A stretch of 38,646 nt of DNA, taken from assembly GCA_051747585.1 (NCBI GenBank), contig JBNJGH010000024.1, positions 1-38,646 on the forward strand, written 5' to 3'. The translations under genes were made by a program, and so were the position numbers. Of the stretch, positions 25,621 through 35,000 are shown in pieces (position 1 is the first letter of the stretch; every line of letters starts with the position of its first letter). This DNA comes from Candidatus Rifleibacteriota bacterium (GTDB taxonomy: Bacteria; Muiribacteriota; Ozemobacteria; Ozemobacterales; Ozemobacteraceae). A model generated the notes under the pieces. That model searched no databases, was not told the DNA's origin, and saw only the letters and a list, made by a program, of their open reading frames with translations.

Positions 25621-26019
25621 ATGAGTAAAATAATTAATAAAACGCTTTTAAAACAAAAAAACGGCGTAGCTTTACTTACTGTTACTATTTCGGTTATTAC
25701 TTTAAGCATTGCTGTTGCCGTTGCTTTGCCTGGTGTTAAAAATAATGTTCGCCGTGAAAAAGAAGATAATCTGAGATTTATACTTGGTGAATTTCGTCGA
25801 GCTGTTGGTAAATACCAAAGATGCCACAATAGTTATCCGCAAAGTTTGCAAGACCTTTTAAAAGATGAAGAAGGCAACAGATTTCTTCGGCGCGCATATA
25901 GAGACCCATTTACCGGTAAATTCGACTGGAAAGTTACCACCGCAAGCAATAGCTTCATTGTCCATTCTTCTTCAAATCAGAAAAGTATAAGCGGTATACC
26001 TTACAGTAATTTTAAATAG
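25621..26019 (+). CDS. Second GspG-like pseudopilin (no Glu5)
   Basis: KNG|VALLTVTISVITLSIAVAV, then REKEDNLRF...YPQSLQDLL...FLRRAYRDPFTG. The start could be 25588 instead. Confidence 0.8.
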   Translation: MSKIINKTLLKQKNGVALLTVTISVITLSIAVAVALPGVKNNVRREKEDNLRFILGEFRRAVGKYQRCHNSYPQSLQDLLKDEEGNRFLRRAYRDPFTGKFDWKVTTASNSFIVHSSSNQKSISGIPYSNFK

Positions 26020-26284
26020 ATTGCTTAAGCTCTTTAAAAGGGGCAAATTTAATTTTATTTCTTTCAGGTGCCTTGATTGAATTACCGTTTGGCAGGGTAA
26101 TATTTCTTGCTTTGGCTTCAATCAAGCTGAATTTACCAAAACCTGAAATTTTTAATTCTTTTCGGGTTTTTAACTGCTCGGCAAGAACCTTTACAAAAGA
26201 ATTGTAAAAGGCTTCTGTCTCGACATTGGTAATTCGGGCTTTTATTCTGATTTCTTTCAATAATTGTTTTCTGGTTTTCTGCAT
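26012..26284 (-). CDS. HU/IHF family DNA-binding protein
   Basis: 90-aa basic protein with LKISGFGKFS...AR...I..PERNKIKFAP.KELK. Confidence 0.9.
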   Translation of the reverse strand: MQKTRKQLLKEIRIKARITNVETEAFYNSFVKVLAEQLKTRKELKISGFGKFSLIEAKARNITLPNGNSIKAPERNKIKFAPFKELKQSI

Positions 26285-26301
26285 AGAAGTAAATCCTTTA
26301 A

Positions 26302-27978
26302 TTAAGCAGATTTTTGTAAAAGATTGCGGGCGAATGCTATTCCCTCAGAGTCAGTGTGACCAAGCATTCTGGCAATTTCACTAATACGCTTGTCTTCTTG
26401 TAGAAGCTCTATTTCTACAATTGTACTGTTATTTTCAATCTTTTTAATTACACTGAAATGGTATTTGCCTTCTTTGGCAATCTGGTGAAGATGAGTAACC
26501 AGTAACACCTGCTTTTCACCGGCTAATGAGCTTAAACTGGCAGCTACGGCCTCGGCTGTTTTGCCACCGATTCCGGCGTCTATCTCGTCAAATAGCAGGG
26601 TAGGTAAGTCGTCATTTTTTGCCAGAACTTTTTTTATCGCAAGCGCAACTCTGGATAATTCGCCGCCCGAGGCAATTTTTCTTAACGGACCACCCGGCAT
26701 ACCAGGGTTTAAGGAAACCATAAACTCAATTTGCTCGGCACCATTTTGGGTAGCCGTAATTTCCTGGAGTTTGACTTTAAAATTGGCAGCATTGAAGCCT
26801 AGATTATGCATCTCTTTACTTACAGCTTTTTCAAGCCGGGCGGCAAGTTTTTTTCTGCTATTGCTTATTTCTTCTAATAAACGGTTAAACTTTGAATTAA
26901 TCTCATCAAGTTGCCTTCGAAGTTTTTGCCGTTTATTGTCAGGCTCAAAAAGATCTGACAATTCATTGCTTGCCCTGTTGCGTAGAACAAATAAATCTTT
27001 GAAGCTGCTGTTATGCTTGCGGCATAGTCTTGATATTTCAGAGAGGCGTGCCTGAATATCATAGAGTTTGTCGGGGTCAAGGTCTGTTGTTTCTGCAAAA
27101 GAGCTTAGTTCAGTTTCAAGGTCTTGAAGCTCATGATAAAGGTTATTGGCACGACCAGAAAAAGTTTCAAGTTCAGGACCAAAGTCTGATATCTGTCTAA
27201 GTGAATCACTTGCTTTATAACATAAAGAAGTAGCTCCGGAAATTTCGTCTTCGCCTTTCAAGGCAATAGAGGCAGCTTGTAACATCGAAAGAATCTGCTC
27301 TGAATGGCTGAGTTTTTTAAGTTCTTCTTTAAGTTCTTCCTCTTCATTTTCATCATTCAGGCCCAGTTTTTCGAGTTCTTGAAGCAAATCCTGCAGTTCT
27401 TGAACACGCTGCGAAGAATGCTGCTGACGTTGCTCAAGTTCGAGAAATTCCTGTTGAAGTTTTTGTCTTTCTTTAAAGACTTTTTTCAATTCATTGAGAT
27501 TGGTAAGATGAGTCTCGTTGCCGGTTCGATCTAGATATTTTCTCTGTGTGTCTGGCTGTAGTAACGTCTGGTGCTCATTTTGTCCGTGTATCTCCATAAG
27601 ATGGGGACCCAGTTGTTTTAAAAATCCAACCGTCGTCAGCATGCCGTTTACCATAATTCTACCGGGAGCGTCTTGCCTGAATGTTCGCGATATAGTCAGT
27701 ATTTCCGGGGCATCTTCATTTAAAAATCCGCTGGATTCAAGAAAATTCTGCAGCTCAGGTTGTTCGCTGATACAAAATTGTGCCTGAACTCTAGCACTTC
27801 GTTTCTGAGGCATTATTATGCGACTTCTTGCCTTTTTGCCAAGCAGCAGTCTTACCGCTTCAAGTAAAACACTTTTACCTGCACCGGTTTCACCGGTAAT
27901 AACATTCAGACCCCGGCAAAACGAAAGCTCGGCTTTTGTCATAAATAAAAAATTTTCAAGGCATATTTCCTGAATCAT
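26302..27978 (-). CDS. recN: DNA repair protein RecN
   Basis: GLNVITGETGAGKS, IHGQNEHQ, coiled coil, IASGGELSR, LLFDEIDAGIGG, VTHLHQIA, EIARML. Confidence 0.95.
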   Translation of the reverse strand: MIQEICLENFLFMTKAELSFCRGLNVITGETGAGKSVLLEAVRLLLGKKARSRIIMPQKRSARVQAQFCISEQPELQNFLESSGFLNEDAPEILTISRTFRQDAPGRIMVNGMLTTVGFLKQLGPHLMEIHGQNEHQTLLQPDTQRKYLDRTGNETHLTNLNELKKVFKERQKLQQEFLELEQRQQHSSQRVQELQDLLQELEKLGLNDENEEEELKEELKKLSHSEQILSMLQAASIALKGEDEISGATSLCYKASDSLRQISDFGPELETFSGRANNLYHELQDLETELSSFAETTDLDPDKLYDIQARLSEISRLCRKHNSSFKDLFVLRNRASNELSDLFEPDNKRQKLRRQLDEINSKFNRLLEEISNSRKKLAARLEKAVSKEMHNLGFNAANFKVKLQEITATQNGAEQIEFMVSLNPGMPGGPLRKIASGGELSRVALAIKKVLAKNDDLPTLLFDEIDAGIGGKTAEAVAASLSSLAGEKQVLLVTHLHQIAKEGKYHFSVIKKIENNSTIVEIELLQEDKRISEIARMLGHTDSEGIAFARNLLQKSA

Positions 27979-27996
27979 TCCGGGGCAAGCTCCTTG

Positions 27997-29367
27997 TTAA
28001 TTCCTGGAAGAGGACTTTAAAATATTAGGCTGAGCGTTATTAAAGAAAACTTTTTTAAAATCAGTTTTTTTTTCATACTGTTTTTGCGAAATTTCTTTCA
28101 ATGTATTCAAAACAGATTTCGCATCTTTAGATCTGCTGTTTCGCAACGTTTTTAACAAGAGTTGTTGGGTCGGGTTTAGAGGGGTTTTGCTATCTTTATC
28201 GGCATTTGCGGTTGATTCTGTTTCAGAGGGTTTCATAGCAATAACAATTCTTTCGGGTGGTTGCTGCAATTTGGGTGGTTCTGGTTCTTGAATCTTTTCT
28301 CTTGCATAATTAAGGGTTACAAGGCGGGTTCCCGGATAATAAAAGCCAAGTATTTCTCGGTAGGAATAACCGATTGCTCCCATTCCAATAGAGCCATCCT
28401 GACACATTCCGACTCTGTGGCCAAAATTACTGTGATATTTTTTTCTGGTTTGGGATGGAAAATATTTTACCACCAGATTTTTAACCGGTTTCTGTAGCGT
28501 ATTTTTGTTTAGTTTTCTTCTTTTAAACTGCTTTCCAACAGTGCAGAACAAAGGTTTGCCTTTAACCCCGTCACGATGAGAAACAAGATAAGGAACCTTC
28601 CGGCCTCCCCAGGCAGCAGTACTGCAAATGAGAATGCCTCCGCAGTTAGCATGATAAACTGTATTGGCAGGTGTATGGTTAAAGGTTAAAATTTTGCCGT
28701 ATGTCTCTTTTACTGCATTAGCTGCAGCTTTGATTTCTTTTACCATGCCTTTATATGCCTGGCAGTGAACCGTGTCGCAAATGTCATAATTACTGTGCTT
28801 GCGATGTCGGTCAATATTTCTTACCGCATAGGTGCGTGCGGCAACCGCCTGTGCCTGCATAGAAGCATCAGGTGCGCTATTATAAATCTCAGATGGAACA
28901 ACAGACTTCAAGTAATTTTCCATATCGATTTGATTTATCGCAAAAAGGTATCGACCCTGAGCTTCAATTGCTATCGAACCCCTGTAGCTGCGGTTTTTAC
29001 GTCCATATACCTTTGCTTTCAAATAATTTGGTGATCGGCCTACTGGCGAAAAAAGCATTTCGTTTTTTAAATTTAAAAAGTTCTTTTTACCATCAATGGT
29101 AATTTTGAAAAGATTTTTCTTAAGTGCCTTAACAGTTATAACAGAGGCTTTTCCCGAAAAAACTGCCTGCTTTTTTTGGTTGTCGAAAATTTCAATATAG
29201 CCATTGCTCGGTTCAAGTTTAAAGGTTTTGTGTCTTCCAAGAGATTTTAAACCTACTCTGATCGTTCGGTCTATATCGAGGAAGTCATCTGTTGCCAGGA
29301 GGCTGGAACAGACAGCTGTAAAAAAGCTTATCAATAGTAAAAAATAAGTACGGTGCATAAGTCTCAT
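27997..29367 (-). CDS. SpoIID/LytB domain protein (putative lytic transglycosylase)
   Basis: Signal peptide; YRG..., MENYLKSVVPSE, AQAVAARTYA, DICDTVHCQAY, GHRVGMCQ.G, EILGFYYPG. Confidence 0.9.
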   Translation of the reverse strand: MRLMHRTYFLLLISFFTAVCSSLLATDDFLDIDRTIRVGLKSLGRHKTFKLEPSNGYIEIFDNQKKQAVFSGKASVITVKALKKNLFKITIDGKKNFLNLKNEMLFSPVGRSPNYLKAKVYGRKNRSYRGSIAIEAQGRYLFAINQIDMENYLKSVVPSEIYNSAPDASMQAQAVAARTYAVRNIDRHRKHSNYDICDTVHCQAYKGMVKEIKAAANAVKETYGKILTFNHTPANTVYHANCGGILICSTAAWGGRKVPYLVSHRDGVKGKPLFCTVGKQFKRRKLNKNTLQKPVKNLVVKYFPSQTRKKYHSNFGHRVGMCQDGSIGMGAIGYSYREILGFYYPGTRLVTLNYAREKIQEPEPPKLQQPPERIVIAMKPSETESTANADKDSKTPLNPTQQLLLKTLRNSRSKDAKSVLNTLKEISQKQYEKKTDFKKVFFNNAQPNILKSSSRN

Positions 29368-29373
29368 GACCGG

Positions 29374-29402
29374 ATTCTACCTTGAACAGGCGAATTCGTC
29401 AA
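29374..29402 (-). promoter_or_regulatory. Near-consensus sigma70 promoter, leaderless start of the SpoIID-recN-HU unit
   Basis: Minus strand: TTGACG, 17-bp spacer, TAGAAT, 6 nt, ATG (29367). Confidence 0.7.
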
Positions 29403-29427
29403 CTGTGGAAAAAAATCAGGAGAGGGT

Positions 29428-30741
29428 TTAAAGCAGGCGGCCTTTGTAGCCAAGCTCGTTAACAGATTCCGGAAGTACAGAAGGGTTCGCGATTTCTGCA
29501 GTAACGCTGGCCTGCTGATTTTTTAAACTTACATCGGCTTTTATGACGCCCGGTATTTCTTCAAGTGTTCTTTTAACTGCTTTGACACAGTTTCCACAGG
29601 TCATTCCTTTAACTTCGAGGGTAAAAACCTTACCCTTTGAGTTTTCAAGGCTGGTTTTGCAGGTAGAGTCATCGCTTGAGCAACCGCAGCCGGGTTCTTC
29701 AGAGGTTCGTGCCTTATACCAGCTGTATAAAAGTATGACTACCATAAGTAAAGCTGACAGATGGCCAAACCATCCAAGTCCGTGCGCTCCGTGTTTAAGC
29801 TGATCCATAACATTGATTGAAAAAGTCTGGTTAAGCGAATCAAAGGCTATACCACTTGCCAGTGAGCCAATAATTACGGTTAAAAGATAAATTATAGCTG
29901 ACTTTTTGCCAAGAACATTTATAACAACTGAAATCGCCGCAGCGTTTGTAGCCGGGCCGGATATGAGAAAAACAAGTGCCGCTCCGGGGCTGACACCTAG
30001 ATGAATAAAGCCTAAAGCAATAGGAATGGAGGACGTTGAGCAAACATAAAGTGGAACACCAATTACAAGCATCAAGATCATGGTCAGATAGTAGTTTGTA
30101 AGATATTGGTTTAGAAAGTTGCTGGCCACAAAAGATGAAATGATACCGGCAATTATTATTCCTATAATAAGAGGACGGGCAATTTCACCCGGAAGGGTAA
30201 CTAGACCGTATTTAAGAGCAGAAGATATTTTCTGACCAAAACCAGTCTTCGTTTTATCTTCTTCTTCTTGTGAATTATTGTCATTCCTCGAATCGCTATC
30301 AAAATCGCTTGAATCTTTATCGAACAAAGAGACAAGAACACCGCCTAAAATTCCCGTAATAAGTGCGGCAATCGGTCTGAAAATTGCAAAGAAGCCTCCG
30401 AGAAGGCCCCAGGTCGCCAGTATTGAGTCTACTCCTGTTTGCGGTGTAGACAATAAAAATGAGGTGGTAGCAGATTTACTTGCTCCATGTTTTTTTAATG
30501 ATGCGGCAACCGGGATAACACCGCATGAACAAAGAGGTAGAGGGATGCCGAAAAGAGTAGCTTTGAGTACAGATGAAAATTTACCTTTACCCAGGTGTTT
30601 TTCTACCCATAAGGGTGAGATAAACACCGATAGAATTCCCGAGAGTAAAAAACCCAACAGGAGATAGGGCGACATCTGTGCCAGGACTGTCCAGGTGTTT
30701 AACAAAAATAATTTTATATCAGCCGGCATAATAAACCTCAT
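29428..30741 (-). CDS. DUF318/SO_0444-type metal permease with C-terminal heavy-metal-associated (HMA) domain
   Basis: PLPLCSCGVIP, STPQTGVDS, PLYVCSTSSIP and GPATN motifs; C-terminal VKGMTCGNCV HMA motif. The start may be ATG 30729 (GAGG SD). Confidence 0.9.
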   Translation of the reverse strand: MRFIMPADIKLFLLNTWTVLAQMSPYLLLGFLLSGILSVFISPLWVEKHLGKGKFSSVLKATLFGIPLPLCSCGVIPVAASLKKHGASKSATTSFLLSTPQTGVDSILATWGLLGGFFAIFRPIAALITGILGGVLVSLFDKDSSDFDSDSRNDNNSQEEEDKTKTGFGQKISSALKYGLVTLPGEIARPLIIGIIIAGIISSFVASNFLNQYLTNYYLTMILMLVIGVPLYVCSTSSIPIALGFIHLGVSPGAALVFLISGPATNAAAISVVINVLGKKSAIIYLLTVIIGSLASGIAFDSLNQTFSINVMDQLKHGAHGLGWFGHLSALLMVVILLYSWYKARTSEEPGCGCSSDDSTCKTSLENSKGKVFTLEVKGMTCGNCVKAVKRTLEEIPGVIKADVSLKNQQASVTAEIANPSVLPESVNELGYKGRLL

Positions 30742-30822
30742 AACGTATTGCTATTAATAAAGTATCAAAAAGCAGATTTTTGTAAAATACTTTAATGTTA
30801 AACTTATCTGCCTGCTTTTTTA

Positions 30823-32076
30823 TCAATGCAATAAACGGTTAATTCTTTCGAGCAGATTTTTGGCTTTATAATTTGAAGGATTCTTTTGTAAAACCTTATT
30901 GCAAAGCTCTTCGGCATTTGGTAAATCACCAAGCTGAAAATAAGACTCTGCCAGGGCAAGATTAATACCGCTGTCATTCGGGTTGTTCCTTTGAATGCCC
31001 TGAAGCCGTTCTATAGCAGTTGCCCCTTCGCCTTTATAATAGCAGGCTTTAAAATATTTAAGCATAATATCAGCGTCTTTGTTATTGAGCTTTAATGCTT
31101 GATCAAATGCTTCTTTTGCTCGAACGAATTTGCGGTTTTCAAAGGCGTTATCACCAAGTAAAACAATAGCGTCATAATAATCAGGTTCCAGGTCAAGTGC
31201 CTGCCTCAGGGCTTGTCTTCCTTCAGGACCCTGGTTCTTTGCCAGGAGTGTTTTTGCCTGTTTAAAAAGTTCGACCGCCCTTGGGTTTAAATTTGAAGTA
31301 GAAGGATCCTGTTTTTTTGACACCGAGGTTTGAACCGGCTGGCTGAATGTTTTTACGCTTGTATGTTGTTGTGGCTTCGCGACTGTAGACTGCGCGTCTG
31401 CAGGAGCGTTAAGGGCTTTTAATTTACGGTTAACTTCAGCTCTGAACTGACGTGCCAGGTTTGAGTGGCTTGCAGGAGGGGCAACCATCAGGGCTTTTTT
31501 ATAAAGACTGATTTTTCCTTTGATGTTTTTGGCTGGCAGAACGTCTGCTTTTTTTGCAAATCTGCGGCAAAGAGATAAATCTGGAGCGGCTGACTGGTTT
31601 TCTAAATTTTGTGCCGCTTTTTGCATATCTGCTGAATCATAGGTAACGGAAAATTTTATTGTTAAATCTGTAACACCGGATTTAGTCTTCTTTAATTCAG
31701 ATAAATCAGCCTGGAATTTAAGATTTTCAAGGTTAAGAGTGGTTAAGTTGCTTCCCTTTTGAAGACCAGGATTAATATTAATTTTTTCAGTATTTTTGGC
31801 TACGAGCTTGCGACCATTTTTCCGGGCGCTGACTTCGAAATAAATTTGATTTATAGTTTCGGGTGAAGTTTTGCTGTTCCAATTTTCGTAAAAGCGGACT
31901 TCAATATCTGCAAGGGTATTGTTAACAGGCATTTGCTCAGGAAATACGGCAGTTGACGGATGCGGGTCATAACTGAAAAGACGAGAAAACGACTGTTGAG
32001 CAGAGAAGGCTGGAATAATAAGTGAGAAAGAGAACAGGAATAAAAATATTATTGTTTTTGCCGAATTCATAACCAC
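30823..32076 (-). CDS. Secreted tetratricopeptide repeat protein
   Basis: Signal peptide, N-terminal beta-rich region and C-terminal TPRs (ALDLEPDYYDAIVLLG, LALAESYFQLG). Confidence 0.8.
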   Translation of the reverse strand: MVMNSAKTIIFLFLFSFSLIIPAFSAQQSFSRLFSYDPHPSTAVFPEQMPVNNTLADIEVRFYENWNSKTSPETINQIYFEVSARKNGRKLVAKNTEKININPGLQKGSNLTTLNLENLKFQADLSELKKTKSGVTDLTIKFSVTYDSADMQKAAQNLENQSAAPDLSLCRRFAKKADVLPAKNIKGKISLYKKALMVAPPASHSNLARQFRAEVNRKLKALNAPADAQSTVAKPQQHTSVKTFSQPVQTSVSKKQDPSTSNLNPRAVELFKQAKTLLAKNQGPEGRQALRQALDLEPDYYDAIVLLGDNAFENRKFVRAKEAFDQALKLNNKDADIMLKYFKACYYKGEGATAIERLQGIQRNNPNDSGINLALAESYFQLGDLPNAEELCNKVLQKNPSNYKAKNLLERINRLLH

Positions 32077-32091
32077 TCCTGATTAACTTAG

Positions 32092-35000
32092 TTACATAGA
32101 TACAATCTTGCCACCAGAATTGCGAACATTTTCACCTCTGGTGTTGGTGAAACGGTTTTTTCCGAGTTTTACAACAGCTTTGTTGCCTCTTATATAAATA
32201 CCATCTCTGTTATTTTTATCAAAAATATTGTTTTTTATAGATTGAGGCTGGGCATCCCAGACTTCGATTCCCGAGTAATTATTGTTGCTCAGTCTGTTAC
32301 CTTCGTAATTGCCCGAAGCATTGGCATAAATAAGCATACCATTCTCGCCGTTATTTGCAATTAAATTTGAACGGAAACTCGGTGAAGCATGATTCTTTAC
32401 ACCAACTCCTGATTTCCCGTTGTTTTTTATGGTATTTTCGCTGACCTGAGCTTTTGAGCGGCCGTTAAACCAGATTCCGTATATCTGGCATGCTTCAATA
32501 TTGTTGTGGGAAATTACCGGAGAACCGCCGGTTACAGTAATTCCCATGCCTTTACTTTTATTGAGCTGATTGGATTTTATTACAGGTGAGCCACCGGAAA
32601 CTGCGATAATTTCAGTATAATTTGGCCTGGTTGCCGGGGTGCTGTTGCTGAGCATGCATTCGCTGATTTCAGAATTGCCTGAAGAAATTGCAATTGTCGG
32701 GAAGGATTTTTTTGAAGAATTAGAAAGCATAAGGTTTTTTACAACCGCATTCGCGGTTATAGTAATTGTCGGACCATTATTGCAGTTTAATCTGCAGGCT
32801 GAAACTGATTCGCCGACTATTATTACAGGTTTGTTTACATAAACCTTTTCATTATAATTACCCGGTTTAATTTTTATGGTCATACCATTGGGAGCCGCTT
32901 TTATGGCCTGGTTAATAGATTTGTATTTCTGACCCGGACCCACAACGAATTCCTGCGGGGTGCTTGCGGCTTTTTTCGCCTGGGCTATTTGAACTTGAAG
33001 CCTTTGAGCAGCGTCAGAGCCGGGCGAAAATTGTTTGGCAAGTCTTACGGCCTGCTCTGCTCTGGTGAAATCTTTGCTGGCAAGATGTTGATTGCCGTTT
33101 TTCAACAGGGCATTCACAATTTTGCCATTAAAAGCATCAACTTTATCGGGAGCGTTGTCTTTAAGAAAAACCTGTGTGTCAAAAAGTTCATCAGCTCTTT
33201 CATAGATCTGATTTTGAGCTATAATTTCTTCGGCGTTATTAAGAAGGTTTCCGGTAACCTGTTCGGATTTATTTTGTTCCACAAGCTTTTGCAGTCTGTT
33301 TTCATATTTAACTAATTCAGAGTCGTTTGTGAATTCCGGAATTTTTTGCAGGGTTTTAAGTAAGCCATAAGCTACTTTGGGGTCATTTTGCCTGTTAATT
33401 TTTTCTATGTAATTATTTTTGAGCTCATTTAATGCCTGAGTTTTCTTGTCAGTCTGGTTCCAGGTGTTAAAAATGCCAAGTTTGTTAGTAACAGGTGAAA
33501 TATTGGTTTTGGGTTCAAAATTGCTGATAAGTTTTATGGCCGACTCAACCTTTTCAGATGAAAGTTTATTTACGGCACTTTGAGTAGAGCCGGCGGAATC
33601 CGGAGTGAGGGCAACCAGCATTCTATGGCGTTTAAAAGCCTGGTCCGGGTTTGATGAATTTTCGAAATAATCGGTCAGATTTTTACTGACTTTGCGACGA
33701 TATTTTGTTGCTTCAGTTTTAGAGACTTCGGTTTCAAGTTTTTCAAGGGCTTTTCTAATATTGCCTAATTTATTTTCGTCGGGAGATTTAATAAAGCTTT
33801 CGATCTGGTTAATTAAAGGCGCAGCAGCTCTTTTTCTTGCTTCAACCTGCTTTTGTTGCTCGATATGATCTTTTTTGTCAGATAGATAAGTTAGAAAATC
33901 AGGATCATGAGCAAAGACCACCTTTGCAGTGTCTATTGTATTTTCGGCCTTAGTTATATCTACGGGGACAGAGGCTTCAATTTCTTCTTTGACTCTGTCT
34001 TGTAAATGTTGCATAAGTTTTTCAGGCGCTTCTGAATCGGGGTATTCTCGCCATAAAGCGCTGATCTCGGCGGCAATTTTATCCATATCTTCAGGAATAG
34101 GGTCTTTTTTTATTCCGGTATAGATGGAATTTTTTGCAACTTTGAGTCTTTCGGCTCTTTCTTTTTCTTCTGCCGCTTTTCTTCGAGCTTCTTCTTCCTG
34201 TATCTTTTTTTCTATATTTTTAGCAATTTCTTTGATGCCAGGAGCTTCAGGATTAATCTCATAGCAGTAATCAAGGATTTGCTTTGCAGTTTGCGGCGAC
34301 TTTTTAAGCTCGGTAGTAACAGCATTAAAATATTTTTCAAAAAGTGTGTTTCTTAAACTGCGAACTTTTTTGCTGCTATCTGCATATCTGGCTAATTCTT
34401 TTAATTTCGCCTGAATCGGGGCAATATCCTGGGGGGGCTCTATCTGGGCTATATCTTTTGAAATTTCATTAGCCAGTTCGTCACGTTCGGCTTTCATTTC
34501 TTCAGAGGAACGAAGGGTTGAAAGGCTTTCGCTTGCCAGTTGCATGCTGGTTTCGAGGCCCTCAAGCCCGGGCCAGGTATTTTTGGCATTTTCAAAAAGT
34601 GCAAGAGCTTTTCCAGGCTCATTAACAATAAGCTTTTCGCCTTCATTTTTAATTTTTTCTGCAAGCTTCTGTTTAAGATTTTCAGCCTGTTTCTTTTCTC
34701 CCAGCTCTTCAACCTTATTGATCTGCTTGAGAATAAATTCAATTTCCTGATCGCCGGTATAATTGTCTATTGCGGCACTCAGGGCAGACTTAAGCGAATC
34801 GAGTTTCTGAGCATCAGCCAGTTCTGTTTTTAATTCTTCGTTTTTGTTTCTTGCCCGCTCTATTAAACTTTCAACTCCTTCAAGTTCAGGAAAGTTCTGC
34901 TTTAATTCGGTAAAATATTGTAAAGCCTTTTCGGGCTGATCATTGATAAAGCTGCTGCCGCTGGCTATAAATCTGGTTTGCCATCGTGCCACGAGCTGAG

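Noticed and set aside
27997..29367. Evidence of sporulation from the SpoIID domain
   Set aside because: SpoIID/LytB domains are common in non-sporulating diderm bacteria, and no other sporulation genes are present.
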